Position numbers and translations under genes: made by a program
Shown here: positions 17,957 through 26,224 of the stretch, in pieces
Layout: every line of letters starts with the position of its first letter
Numbering within the stretch: position 1 is the first letter of the stretch
The notes under the pieces: model-generated
Database searches by the model: none
What the model was told of the DNA's origin: nothing
Seen by the model: the letters and a program-made list of their open reading frames with translations, nothing else
NCBI GenBank assembly: GCA_944375955.1
Contig: CALWBE010000016.1
Span: 9,405 to 73,404 of the forward strand
Length of the DNA: 64,000 bases
From: an uncultured Clostridia bacterium
GTDB lineage: Bacteria; Bacillota; Clostridia; Oscillospirales; CAG-382
Reading direction: 5' to 3'

Positions 17957-18901
17957 TTAGTCCTTTATATACTCCCTTTTTGTCAGACAAAGTTCTGTTA
18001 TAAATCTTCTGTCAAGCTCAGTAAGCTTATAATCATTTCGGTATATAAGCACGTCCTTATATATTTTTTTATTATCCGGAAAGCTCCTTTGTTCCAGTCC
18101 ATATTTATTAAGTACTTTCTCAGGCACCGGTGATACCCACATAAATGCGTCTTTATTATGCGACAGTATCTCAAGTTCGCTCGCCCGTTCAAAAACATAT
18201 ATTCGGCGTATTATATCATCCGGAAGTTCTTCCTTCTTTACCTGAGCCATTGAAAGCGAAGGAACATATGGGTCTCCGTGTGCAATCTCTATATATGGCC
18301 TCAAATCTGAATATCTGATCTCATCCTTTCCTGCTAAAGGGTTTTCTTTATTTATAAGCAAAACATATTGAAATTCTGTAACAAGCTCATAATACAACCC
18401 CTTTTCTTCAAGCATTTCCTTAAAATATCCTTCATGTTTTTCTGCATATCTTATTATACCTAATTTATAATCCATCTGAAGTATATTGTTTAGTGTCCTT
18501 GACGAATTTGTTTCCTTATACATGAGTTCTGCCGGTTCAGCGCTCAATGAAGTCGAAAATCTTGCGAATGCCTCGGAAATATAACAAGCCCGCGGCACTG
18601 AAATCGAAAATCTTTGCTTCAGCGGTCTACCAGCTTTATACATGTTTTCAACATCATCTATCTGACTTAATATCTTTTTTGCATATCCTATAAATTCTTC
18701 ACCTTGAGGAGTTAAAACCATTCCTTTTGCCGATCTGTCAAATATTGTTATTCCAAGATCGCTTTCCAGTTCTTTTATGGAGCGGCTGAGGTTCGGCTGA
18801 GCAATAAGAAGCGTTTCGGAAGCTTTGTTTATTGAGCCGACTCTTGCTACCTCTACGGCATATTTCATATGAAGTATATTCAAAATTTTTCTGCCTTTCA
18901 T
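17957..18901 (-). CDS. LysR-family transcriptional regulator
   Basis: N-terminal wHTH LHMKYAVEVARVGSINKASETLLIAQPNLSRSIKELE plus a substrate-binding domain. An alternative TTG start at 18883 would give the canonical LysR N-terminus. Confidence 0.8.
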   Translation of the reverse strand: MKGRKILNILHMKYAVEVARVGSINKASETLLIAQPNLSRSIKELESDLGITIFDRSAKGMVLTPQGEEFIGYAKKILSQIDDVENMYKAGRPLKQRFSISVPRACYISEAFARFSTSLSAEPAELMYKETNSSRTLNNILQMDYKLGIIRYAEKHEGYFKEMLEEKGLYYELVTEFQYVLLINKENPLAGKDEIRYSDLRPYIEIAHGDPYVPSLSMAQVKKEELPDDIIRRIYVFERASELEILSHNKDAFMWVSPVPEKVLNKYGLEQRSFPDNKKIYKDVLIYRNDYKLTELDRRFITELCLTKREYIKD

Positions 18902-18956
18902 GTTTATTGAAACAAGTATATCATATTATAATTTTTTTTTCAATACCGCAGCATTT

Positions 18957-18981
18957 AAAACCTGCGGGGGTGGATTTTAAA
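18957..18981 (+). repeat. right junction repeat (candidate attR core)
   Basis: AAA CCT GCG GGG GTG GAT TTT AAA is the partner of 416-439. It has the dyad AAAACC-N9-GGATTTT (18957-18978). Confidence 0.6.
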
Positions 18982-19113
18982 ACCGCTGAAAAGCTTTCGA
19001 TTAAAACACATATCGCTTCCGGTCTGCCAGGCAAAATTGCTCCTTACAGTGCCGGCAAAATTATGTACACATGTATAAATAATATTCTCTCAGAAAGGGG
19101 GTTCACTGTATGA
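18958..19113 (+). CDS. dpaA: dipicolinate synthase subunit A, 3' fragment (last ~50 codons) with no start codon of its own
   Basis: KPAGVDFKTAEKLSIKTHIASGLPGKIAPYSAGKIMYTCINNILSERGFTV matches the SpoVFA C-terminus (KPGGTDFxYAEKxGIKALLAPGLPGIVAPKTAGxI). Its stop overlaps the dpaB ATG (ATGA). The upstream part of ORF 18832-19113 has no DpaA similarity. Confidence 0.8.
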   Translation, partial: KPAGVDFKTAEKLSIKTHIASGLPGKIAPYSAGKIMYTCINNILSERGFTV

Positions 19114-19670
19114 TTGGATTTTGTATGACCGGTTCTTTTTGTTCTTTCGAAAAAAGCCTTACTGCTATGGAAAAACTTGCCCAAAAATATGAAATTCTTC
19201 CTATTATGTCCGACAACGCATACAAGCTTGACACAAAATTCGGAAAAGCTTCAGATTTTCGTGAACGAATCAAATCTATCACCGGCAAAAATATAATTCA
19301 CACTATACCCGACGCCGAACCTATCGGTCCTTCTATTAAGTTAGATTGCTTACTTGTATGCCCGTGCACCGGAAATACTCTTTCTAAAATCGCAGCCGGT
19401 ATAACCGATACCCCTGTCGCTATGGCTGTGAAAGCTCATTTGCGCAATGAACGTCCCGTCCTTATCGCGCTTGCTACAAACGACGGACTTTCCGGTTCTG
19501 CTCCGGCAATAGGGAAACTGCTTCAGCGGAGATTTGTATATTTTGTTCCGTTCGCACAGGATTCTCCTTTTAAAAAGCCAAGATCTCTTGTCTGCGAATT
19601 TGATAAAATACCCGAAGCTCTCAGTCTTGCCATAGATTTAAAGCAAATTCAACCTATAATATCAACATAA
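19110..19670 (+). CDS. dpaB: dipicolinate synthase subunit B (DpaB/SpoVFB, flavoprotein)
   Basis: IGFCMTGSFC, AEPIGP, LDCLLVCPCTGNTLSKIAAGITDTPVAMAVKAHLRNERPV, ATNDGL and FVPFAQDSPFKKPRSLV are collinear with B. subtilis SpoVFB. Confidence 0.9.
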   Translation: MIGFCMTGSFCSFEKSLTAMEKLAQKYEILPIMSDNAYKLDTKFGKASDFRERIKSITGKNIIHTIPDAEPIGPSIKLDCLLVCPCTGNTLSKIAAGITDTPVAMAVKAHLRNERPVLIALATNDGLSGSAPAIGKLLQRRFVYFVPFAQDSPFKKPRSLVCEFDKIPEALSLAIDLKQIQPIIST

Positions 19671-19675
19671 AAAAT

Positions 19676-19720
19676 GCCTGTCATTACTTTTTACATAAAG
19701 AAATGACAGGCGTTTTTTTT
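19676..19720 (+). terminator. intrinsic terminator after dpaB
   Basis: GCCTGTCATT-loop-AATGACAGGC followed by T8. Confidence 0.8.
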
Positions 19721-19731
19721 CATTTATATTT

Positions 19732-21129
19732 TTATTCGCCGAATTTTGAAATATTATCAGAACAATCTATCGATGTCCCCCAGTTATATCCGCTTCCGGT
19801 CATCTTTTTCATCATACTGCGGTATTTATCTTCATATCTCATGTTAAATTCTTTTGAATTTTTTGCATCGGCATCATAAAAAATTTTTATCTCTCCGTTT
19901 TCAGGATACCATGCCATAAACTGTTCTCCCGGCAGTCCAAACCATCTTCCTATAAGCAAAAGCTGTCCTTTCGAATCGAAAACTTCATGTCCCTCGCTGT
20001 CCGCAACTCTTGAAGTTCTGCTTTCGCCTCCATTGAAAATATATTCGTGATACCCGTCTCCGTTTATGTCGATCGGGCGCCAGTTACGCATATTAAACGG
20101 CATCTCAAGCTTTTCTCCTGTCACCGCGTCATAATAATAATCTTCCCATTTATCCTTTTTCACACGGTGACGCAATGCGTACGCCACCCTTCGGAAATTC
20201 GGCCTTACAGTCGCTATAAATCCATAATGCATATGTCCATCCTCAACAAGATCTCCCCATTCGTCACTGTAAACGTCTTTCCAAATGATATTGCCTTTAT
20301 AATCATATGTTACGATCCGCGGACATCCTTCATATTCGCCTCCCTCGCGGCAGGTATATATATAGCTTTTTCCGCTGCCGTAATCATAAAAAGGCAAAAC
20401 CACGTCTGAATGTCCGTTATAATTTTTATGGTCAAGACTTATTATCTCATGCCCGTCATCCAAGCTTATTATATGTTCTCCGAAAATCACTTCATCTATA
20501 CCGTCTTTATTGATATCCATAACAGGCGTCGTATGCGATGCACGCGAGCCTTCAAATTCTCCTATAACCTTTTTCCAGCGCAGCGTCATATCCTTATTAT
20601 AACATTGAAAATATATATCTCCATATGTTCCCTGCTGCGTTACTATAACCGGCTCTCCTTTTACATATCCGGCAAAGATCATAAACCGGTAAGCATGCGA
20701 CAGTCTTTCCGATATTGTGTTTTCAGCTCCGAAATGATATTCTCCTATCGTTTCTCCAGTCATTCCGTCTACTCTTTCTAATACCATTGAAGCTGAATTT
20801 AACGGCAGATTGTCTTTTTTATTATTTAAAAACCAGATTTCGTCATATCCGTCTCCGTTAAGATCAAAGGATATAAACGGCATTAGCCATACTCCGGGTA
20901 TTACGCCCATCCCCAGCTCTCTATGCCACAATCGCCTTCCGTCTTCATCAAACATCGCCATTTGCAAAGGATATTTGTGAAAGAAAAAATATCTTTCGCA
21001 CGGATCTACATTAGGGCTTTCAGAATAAACAAAAAATATGCCCTTTTTTTCTCCGAGATCAGCCTCACATGTTCTTACCTGCCCTATCTTTGTGTCAAGC
21101 TCAAAAATCTTATAAGTTTCTATTTTCAT
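19732..21129 (-). CDS. FG-GAP/VCBS-like repeat beta-propeller protein, function unknown (no signal peptide)
   Basis: It has repeated Ca-binding-like motifs DLNGDGYDEI, DINKDGIDEV and DINGDGYHEY. 465 aa. Confidence 0.55.
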   Translation of the reverse strand: MKIETYKIFELDTKIGQVRTCEADLGEKKGIFFVYSESPNVDPCERYFFFHKYPLQMAMFDEDGRRLWHRELGMGVIPGVWLMPFISFDLNGDGYDEIWFLNNKKDNLPLNSASMVLERVDGMTGETIGEYHFGAENTISERLSHAYRFMIFAGYVKGEPVIVTQQGTYGDIYFQCYNKDMTLRWKKVIGEFEGSRASHTTPVMDINKDGIDEVIFGEHIISLDDGHEIISLDHKNYNGHSDVVLPFYDYGSGKSYIYTCREGGEYEGCPRIVTYDYKGNIIWKDVYSDEWGDLVEDGHMHYGFIATVRPNFRRVAYALRHRVKKDKWEDYYYDAVTGEKLEMPFNMRNWRPIDINGDGYHEYIFNGGESRTSRVADSEGHEVFDSKGQLLLIGRWFGLPGEQFMAWYPENGEIKIFYDADAKNSKEFNMRYEDKYRSMMKKMTGSGYNWGTSIDCSDNISKFGE

Positions 21130-21182
21130 AAAAAACTCCTCCTGAAATATTTTATAAATCTTCGGAATTTATTTTCAGCAAT

Positions 21183-22205
21183 TTATTTATCCCAAATCTT
21201 ATTTTCATATGCCCGTATCACAACCCTTAACGGATGAAGTTCTGTTTCGCTGTCAAAAGGCATCGGACTTCCAAATAAAAGATGTTCCGCAAGAATTTCA
21301 AAAAACGGCTTACATTTTGCATCTCTTTCGCAAAATGCTCCGTAATCTTTTTCTTTCGTCCACAAATGAGTATTTCTTCCTCCGTCAGTTATTTCTGCAA
21401 CACCTTTTGTACCAAAAGCTCTAAGGCTCTCATTTCCCCATAAGCCAAATGTTTCCGGATTACAGTAATTCAAACATACTGAAGCTACTCCTCCTTTTTC
21501 AAGTTTCATTATGAGTGATGATGCCGTAATAAGCTTTCTTCCTTCAGGCGCACCTATATTTGTTTCTGCCGTAATTATTTCAGAAACCCTCTCTCCGCAC
21601 ACATGTTCGATAAATCGCACGGCATGTATTCCTACCTGACGCGTTATCCCTCCGTCTATGTTTTCATCGTCCGGACGATTATCATAATTATTCGGATACG
21701 ACTTCTGCGCATATATCTGCACTATTTCACCAATAACTCCTTCCGCTATGATATGCCGCATTGTCATATACGGCTCAAAAAAAGCCGTGTCCGCTATCTC
21801 ATGAAATTCTACTGACGGATATATCTTTTTTGCTTCCCGCTCCTCCAAAAGTATTCTGTCTAATTCATCTTCATTTAAAGCTGCCGGCTTTTCGGCATAC
21901 ACACTTATCCCTCTGCGCAGACATTTTACAGCGTCTTCCCACTGCTTTGCACGCACCGGAGAACAAAGACAAACAAGATCAAGCTTTTCTCCAACTCTTT
22001 CAAGCATCTCCTCAAGAGTATCACAGCATATAAGTTCCCCGCTTTTATAGGCACTGTACACTATTAGCTTCTCTTTTGGCACTGCTGCTACAGCTATAAA
22101 TTCTACCAGCCGATATCCCTCAAGATAATCCCATATTTGATGAACATTTATACCATATATCCCTACTTTAAGCTTATTTTCTTTCATTTTTATCCTCTTT
22201 TTCAA
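21183..22205 (-). CDS. Gfo/Idh/MocA-family oxidoreductase
   Basis: N-terminal Rossmann fold (KVGIYGINVHQI), YAEKPAALNEDE and the C-terminal alpha/beta domain. The start is possibly ATG 22187. Confidence 0.7.
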   Translation of the reverse strand: MKKRIKMKENKLKVGIYGINVHQIWDYLEGYRLVEFIAVAAVPKEKLIVYSAYKSGELICCDTLEEMLERVGEKLDLVCLCSPVRAKQWEDAVKCLRRGISVYAEKPAALNEDELDRILLEEREAKKIYPSVEFHEIADTAFFEPYMTMRHIIAEGVIGEIVQIYAQKSYPNNYDNRPDDENIDGGITRQVGIHAVRFIEHVCGERVSEIITAETNIGAPEGRKLITASSLIMKLEKGGVASVCLNYCNPETFGLWGNESLRAFGTKGVAEITDGGRNTHLWTKEKDYGAFCERDAKCKPFFEILAEHLLFGSPMPFDSETELHPLRVVIRAYENKIWDK

Positions 22206-23376
22206 TAAAATTTATAAGCTCTCCTTTTTTAGGCTCAGAATAAAGCTTACACAGAACAGCTCCCATTCCTTCCGCTACTTTAAACCCATCCGTCTTTTTT
22301 ACCCGGTGCACCTGCATTATATCAAAATTCTTTTGTATATAATTTATTACCCTTGTCTGCACCGATGCTCCTTCCGTTCCGCAAAAGTAAGATTTTTCCC
22401 CCATTATCCTCTTGGCACACAATGCGAGCTTTCGGCAATTTCCTCCGTTATCTGGTATGCCATACCTTATTACTCTTCCATCGTTTAAAATACCTATTAT
22501 CTCCCCGTTAATATATGAATCCATATGATTCTCTTCAGGCGCGCCGATTGAATTATTTACAAGCAGTATCTTTCCTTTTTCGAATTCATACAGTAAAACA
22601 GGATCTACTGTCTCCGCTGTGGCATGCGACGTAATAAACCATGCATCGGCACCTGCCGGAAAACCGCATTTTATAACTGCAGTATCAAAATTTTCTATAT
22701 TGTTTACTCTTGCAAGTTCAGCATATACCGAATCCGGCATAAGCGATGTATTCATGCTTTTTCCAAGCATGAAAAACAAATTGTGAAGATAATGCGCGCA
22801 CGCATTATTTGCGATACTGTCATATACCGGTCTTCCGTCTTTATCATATATTTTTCCTGCCCATCCCGTAGAGCGGCTAAAATATTTTTCATCTCTCGGC
22901 CAAAGTGTCAAAGTTTTTAACAACTTAGGTTTTCCGTAAATTCCGCTTATGATATCTTTTTTTGCGTCAAGAATAGCTTTGCTTGTCGACCATTGATATC
23001 CTACAGTAAGCGTCTTCCCTGTTTTTTTCTCGGTTTCGGCAATCTTTTGTATATCAGCTTCATCCGCGCACAGCGGCTTTTCGCACAATACATCAGAACC
23101 ATGCTGCATACAATATATTATCTGTTCAGTATGAAAACCTATCGGGGTCGCTATTGCGGCAAGACGAGCCTCATTATCACGGTAAAACTCTTCAAGATTG
23201 CTATACACCGGTATTTTTCTTTCGATTATTTCCTGCATTCTCGGACAGGATTCTGGATATGGTTCCACTACGCCCACAACATTCACAAGCTCGCGCGATT
23301 CTCCGTCAAAACACTCGTCTACATAAAACTTTCCAAATCCGCCTGCTCCTACAATAACTATATCTATTTTTTTCAT
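22174..23376 (-). CDS. Gfo/Idh/MocA-family oxidoreductase
   Basis: MKKIDIVIVGAGGFGKFY and VLCEKPLCADEADI are family motifs. 400 aa. Confidence 0.7.
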   Translation of the reverse strand: MKKIDIVIVGAGGFGKFYVDECFDGESRELVNVVGVVEPYPESCPRMQEIIERKIPVYSNLEEFYRDNEARLAAIATPIGFHTEQIIYCMQHGSDVLCEKPLCADEADIQKIAETEKKTGKTLTVGYQWSTSKAILDAKKDIISGIYGKPKLLKTLTLWPRDEKYFSRSTGWAGKIYDKDGRPVYDSIANNACAHYLHNLFFMLGKSMNTSLMPDSVYAELARVNNIENFDTAVIKCGFPAGADAWFITSHATAETVDPVLLYEFEKGKILLVNNSIGAPEENHMDSYINGEIIGILNDGRVIRYGIPDNGGNCRKLALCAKRIMGEKSYFCGTEGASVQTRVINYIQKNFDIMQVHRVKKTDGFKVAEGMGAVLCKLYSEPKKGELINFIEKEDKNERK

Positions 23377-23520
23377 TTACTTTTACCGCCTTGACATTTC
23401 TGCATTATTGTTTATAATAGTAGCATATTATTTTTTATATTTCTATAAATTTTATTATGTAAAATATAGATTTTATAATTTTACGGAGTAAAATGTGCTT
23501 TAAGCCATAAATGTGTTTTT

Positions 23521-24375
23521 ATGAAAGAAACAATAATATATAATGCGGATATAAGCGCCGAAAACGGAAAGTCAATTCTTTTCAGCCATATTTGCTCATT
23601 TGAAAAAAGCTTCAAACCAGAACTGCATCTGCATGATTATCTTGAAATACATATTTACATTTCAGGAAACGCTGATTTTATTATCAATAATACTTTTATA
23701 AAACAAAAAAGCGGCAATGTTTTGTTTATGTTTCCTAATGAGCTTCACTGTCCTGTTATTAACTGTGACACCGAATATGAAAGGTACTATATCGGAATAT
23801 CAAACGCGGCATGTCTCGCATATTTGAAACTTCGTGGAAACCCTTTGGCTTGCTTTTTTGATCAAAAATCCCCTCAGAACCGTCTAATTTCTCTTGACGA
23901 GAATGCTTTTTCCGAGCTATTGAAATTATTAAAAAATATCGATTTATGCATTGAGGAAAAAGCTCCTGAATATTTGGCAAGCGCGTATTTCATGCGCGCG
24001 CTTTATATACTATCAAGCGGGAATATTTCAAATAAGCTTCAGGAGAACGGCTGCAAGCCGAAAATAATAAGCGATGTACTTGACTATATTGGTAAAAATT
24101 TTTCTTCTTTAACAACTGTTGAGGAAATCGCTTCTCATTTTTATATAAGCCAGCCTTATCTTTCAACAATATTTTCAAAAACCATGAATATTGGTTTAAA
24201 ACAATATCTCTTATATACCAAAATTGCTCATTCAAAACTGCTTCTTCAACAAGGAAGATCTGTCTCCTCCACAAGCCTTGAATGCGGATTTGGAAGCTGC
24301 TCTTATTTCATATATGTTTTTAAAAAAGTTACTGGCATGACTCCTAATCAATATAGAAAAAATCAAGACGTTTGA
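23521..24375 (+). CDS. AraC-family transcriptional regulator (cupin sensor + HTH)
   Basis: The C-terminus VEEIASHFYISQPYLSTIFSKTMNIGLKQYL...ECGFGSCSYFIYVFKKVTGMTPNQYR is an AraC HTH pair. It is divergent from the oxidoreductase operon. Confidence 0.85.
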   Translation: MKETIIYNADISAENGKSILFSHICSFEKSFKPELHLHDYLEIHIYISGNADFIINNTFIKQKSGNVLFMFPNELHCPVINCDTEYERYYIGISNAACLAYLKLRGNPLACFFDQKSPQNRLISLDENAFSELLKLLKNIDLCIEEKAPEYLASAYFMRALYILSSGNISNKLQENGCKPKIISDVLDYIGKNFSSLTTVEEIASHFYISQPYLSTIFSKTMNIGLKQYLLYTKIAHSKLLLQQGRSVSSTSLECGFGSCSYFIYVFKKVTGMTPNQYRKNQDV

Positions 24376-24501
24376 CATCAAAATAATTAACAATTTATAG
24401 TATAAAAAAATATATGTGTAATGTATAATTTATAATTATAAATAGGATTGTCTTTAACGTTATTTAATTTATTAAATTATTTAAAATCAGGAGAGTTCAA
24501 T

Positions 24502-25029
24502 ATGGAAGATAAAAAAATAAAAAAGCTTGTATTATGTGCTTTATTTGCCGCTGTATGCTTTGCGGTGACTCGCCTGATAATGTTCCCCACTTTTTTTACG
24601 AGAGGATATGTTAATATCGGCGACAGTATTGTTTTGCTGTCTGCATACATATTGGGAGGTCCGTGGGCTGCTGTCGCTTCAGGTATTGGTTCCGCTCTTT
24701 CTGATTTATCATCAGGTTACTTGATTTACGCTCCGGCTACTTTTGTAATCAAAGCGGCGATGGCTCTTGTCGCTTATGTTTTTTACAAAAGATCTTTCTC
24801 AGCAAAATCTAAAACGTTATCTTTTTTATACATCCTTTTAGGCTCGGTTTCAGCAGAAATAATAATGACTGCTGGTTATTTAATATATGAAATTCCTCTT
24901 TATGGTGCCGCCGCATTCGCTTCTGTTATCGGTAATCTTATTCAGGGTGCCGTAAGTCTTATTATTTCCGTAATATTAATTTACATTTTTTCGCAAAATG
25001 ACGATTTGAAAAAATATATTAAAAAATAA
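24502..25029 (+). CDS. ECF-transporter S-component-like membrane protein
   Basis: About 175 aa with 5-6 TM segments. NIGDSIVLLSAYILGGPWAAVASGIGSALSDL resembles ECF substrate-capture subunits. The GGAGAG RBS lies before ATG 24502. Confidence 0.55.
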   Translation: MEDKKIKKLVLCALFAAVCFAVTRLIMFPTFFTRGYVNIGDSIVLLSAYILGGPWAAVASGIGSALSDLSSGYLIYAPATFVIKAAMALVAYVFYKRSFSAKSKTLSFLYILLGSVSAEIIMTAGYLIYEIPLYGAAAFASVIGNLIQGAVSLIISVILIYIFSQNDDLKKYIKK

Positions 25030-25154
25030 CCATCTTTACATATAGTAAAATAAAAAATAAAAATTAAAAGAAGTACCGAAGGGAGGCACTTCGTGAGGAA
25101 GTGTCTCCCTTTATACTTTCGTCAGCAATATGAACGTCTGGTAAGTGCTGAAAT

Positions 25155-25928
25155 TTATGCGCGAAGGCCACACCAGCTCTCCTTGAAATCAGATAGTTTT
25201 TCAGCAAGTGAAAGAATCGGATAAATCAGCATCGGGAGTTTGTGATCACCAAAATGGCTGTATATATCTATTCTTTCGCCGGTATCCATTTCAACCGTCT
25301 GTTTTCTCGACAATGAATAATTTATCATTGATTCAAGCGCTTGTTTGGCATCTTCTTCCTTTATCCCGCATTTAAGGCTCACGGAAGAAACCGTATAAGA
25401 TGCTCCGCCATTTTCAAGCTGATATTTCAAAATTTTCCGAACATTGGGGTTTGCAAGACATTGCAAAAAAACAGCTACATTTTCATTACTGAATAATTTT
25501 GCTGAAGTCACATTATCAGCAATATATGTTAGCGCTATATTTTTGTCGGCATATACGCCGCCGCATTTTATAGAAACAAAACCGGTATGTAATTCAGAAC
25601 TATTGGAAAGATTATTTTTTATATGATCGATACTTGGATTTGTTTCATCCCACGCCCACATGGTATCAAGGATTGCATCATATACTGCAAACGGCGTTTC
25701 TTCTATCGCTGTAAAAGTTCTAGACCTTCTTTCTATTGAAAACAGTTCATCAAGCGTTATCTCAAAAAAACTGGCAATGACCGGAAGAAGCAGGATATCC
25801 GGCATTGTGACATTGTTTTCCCATTTTGAAATCGATTGAGAAGACACGCCAATTATGTCGGCAAGTTCTTCTTGCGTCATATTCTTGCCTTTTCGTAATT
25901 TTGCAATTTTTTCTCCGATATTATACAT
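25155..25928 (-). CDS. XRE-family HTH transcriptional regulator with a C-terminal domain of unknown function
   Basis: IAKLRKGKNMTQEELADIIGVSSQSISKWENNVTMPDILLLPVIASFFEITLDELF is a Cro/C1 HTH. Confidence 0.8.
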   Translation of the reverse strand: MYNIGEKIAKLRKGKNMTQEELADIIGVSSQSISKWENNVTMPDILLLPVIASFFEITLDELFSIERRSRTFTAIEETPFAVYDAILDTMWAWDETNPSIDHIKNNLSNSSELHTGFVSIKCGGVYADKNIALTYIADNVTSAKLFSNENVAVFLQCLANPNVRKILKYQLENGGASYTVSSVSLKCGIKEEDAKQALESMINYSLSRKQTVEMDTGERIDIYSHFGDHKLPMLIYPILSLAEKLSDFKESWCGLRA

Positions 25929-26154
25929 CGTAAAATCCTCCTTTTGATGATTAACAAAATGGTTCGATCATGTCTGATCATGTCTTTATTATAATATATT
26001 ACAATGAAATAAACTATAGCAAATTTGGCGAACAATCCATCTAAATAGACATAAAATTACTTTTTAGTAATAGAAGAAACAATGCAGATAATTTGGTGGT
26101 CCTATTGCGTAACGAGCATCGGATTATGATACCCGTAATCCGAAAAGAAAATAA

Positions 26155-26193
26155 AGAAAAAACTCGGGGCACCTTCCTTACGGAGGGTGCCCC
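26155..26193 (-). terminator. intrinsic terminator after asnB
   Basis: Minus strand: GGGGCACCCTCCGTAAGGAAGGTGCCCC followed by GAGTTTTTT. Confidence 0.8.
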
Positions 26194-26224
26194 AATACGA
26201 TACTTCTTTTTTTATTTTTATATA

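Larger units (their letters stand above)
416..18957. mobile_element. putative dpaA-intervening (skin-like) element, 18,542 bp, with an internal serine recombinase gene
   Basis: Both dpaA fragments lie on the same strand. The bounding repeats are in frame. Deleting one repeat copy plus the intervening DNA joins ...ELASKP to AGVDFKTAEK... in frame. A recombinase gene sits at 2678-3586. The exact crossover within the repeat is not determinable. Confidence 0.5.

Noticed and set aside
18832-18957. Upstream part of ORF 18832-19113 (MSRLLLPLRHISYEVYSKFF...)
   Set aside because: It has no DpaA similarity, overlaps the LysR start and promoter in antisense, and has no RBS. Only 18958-19113 is dpaA-derived.
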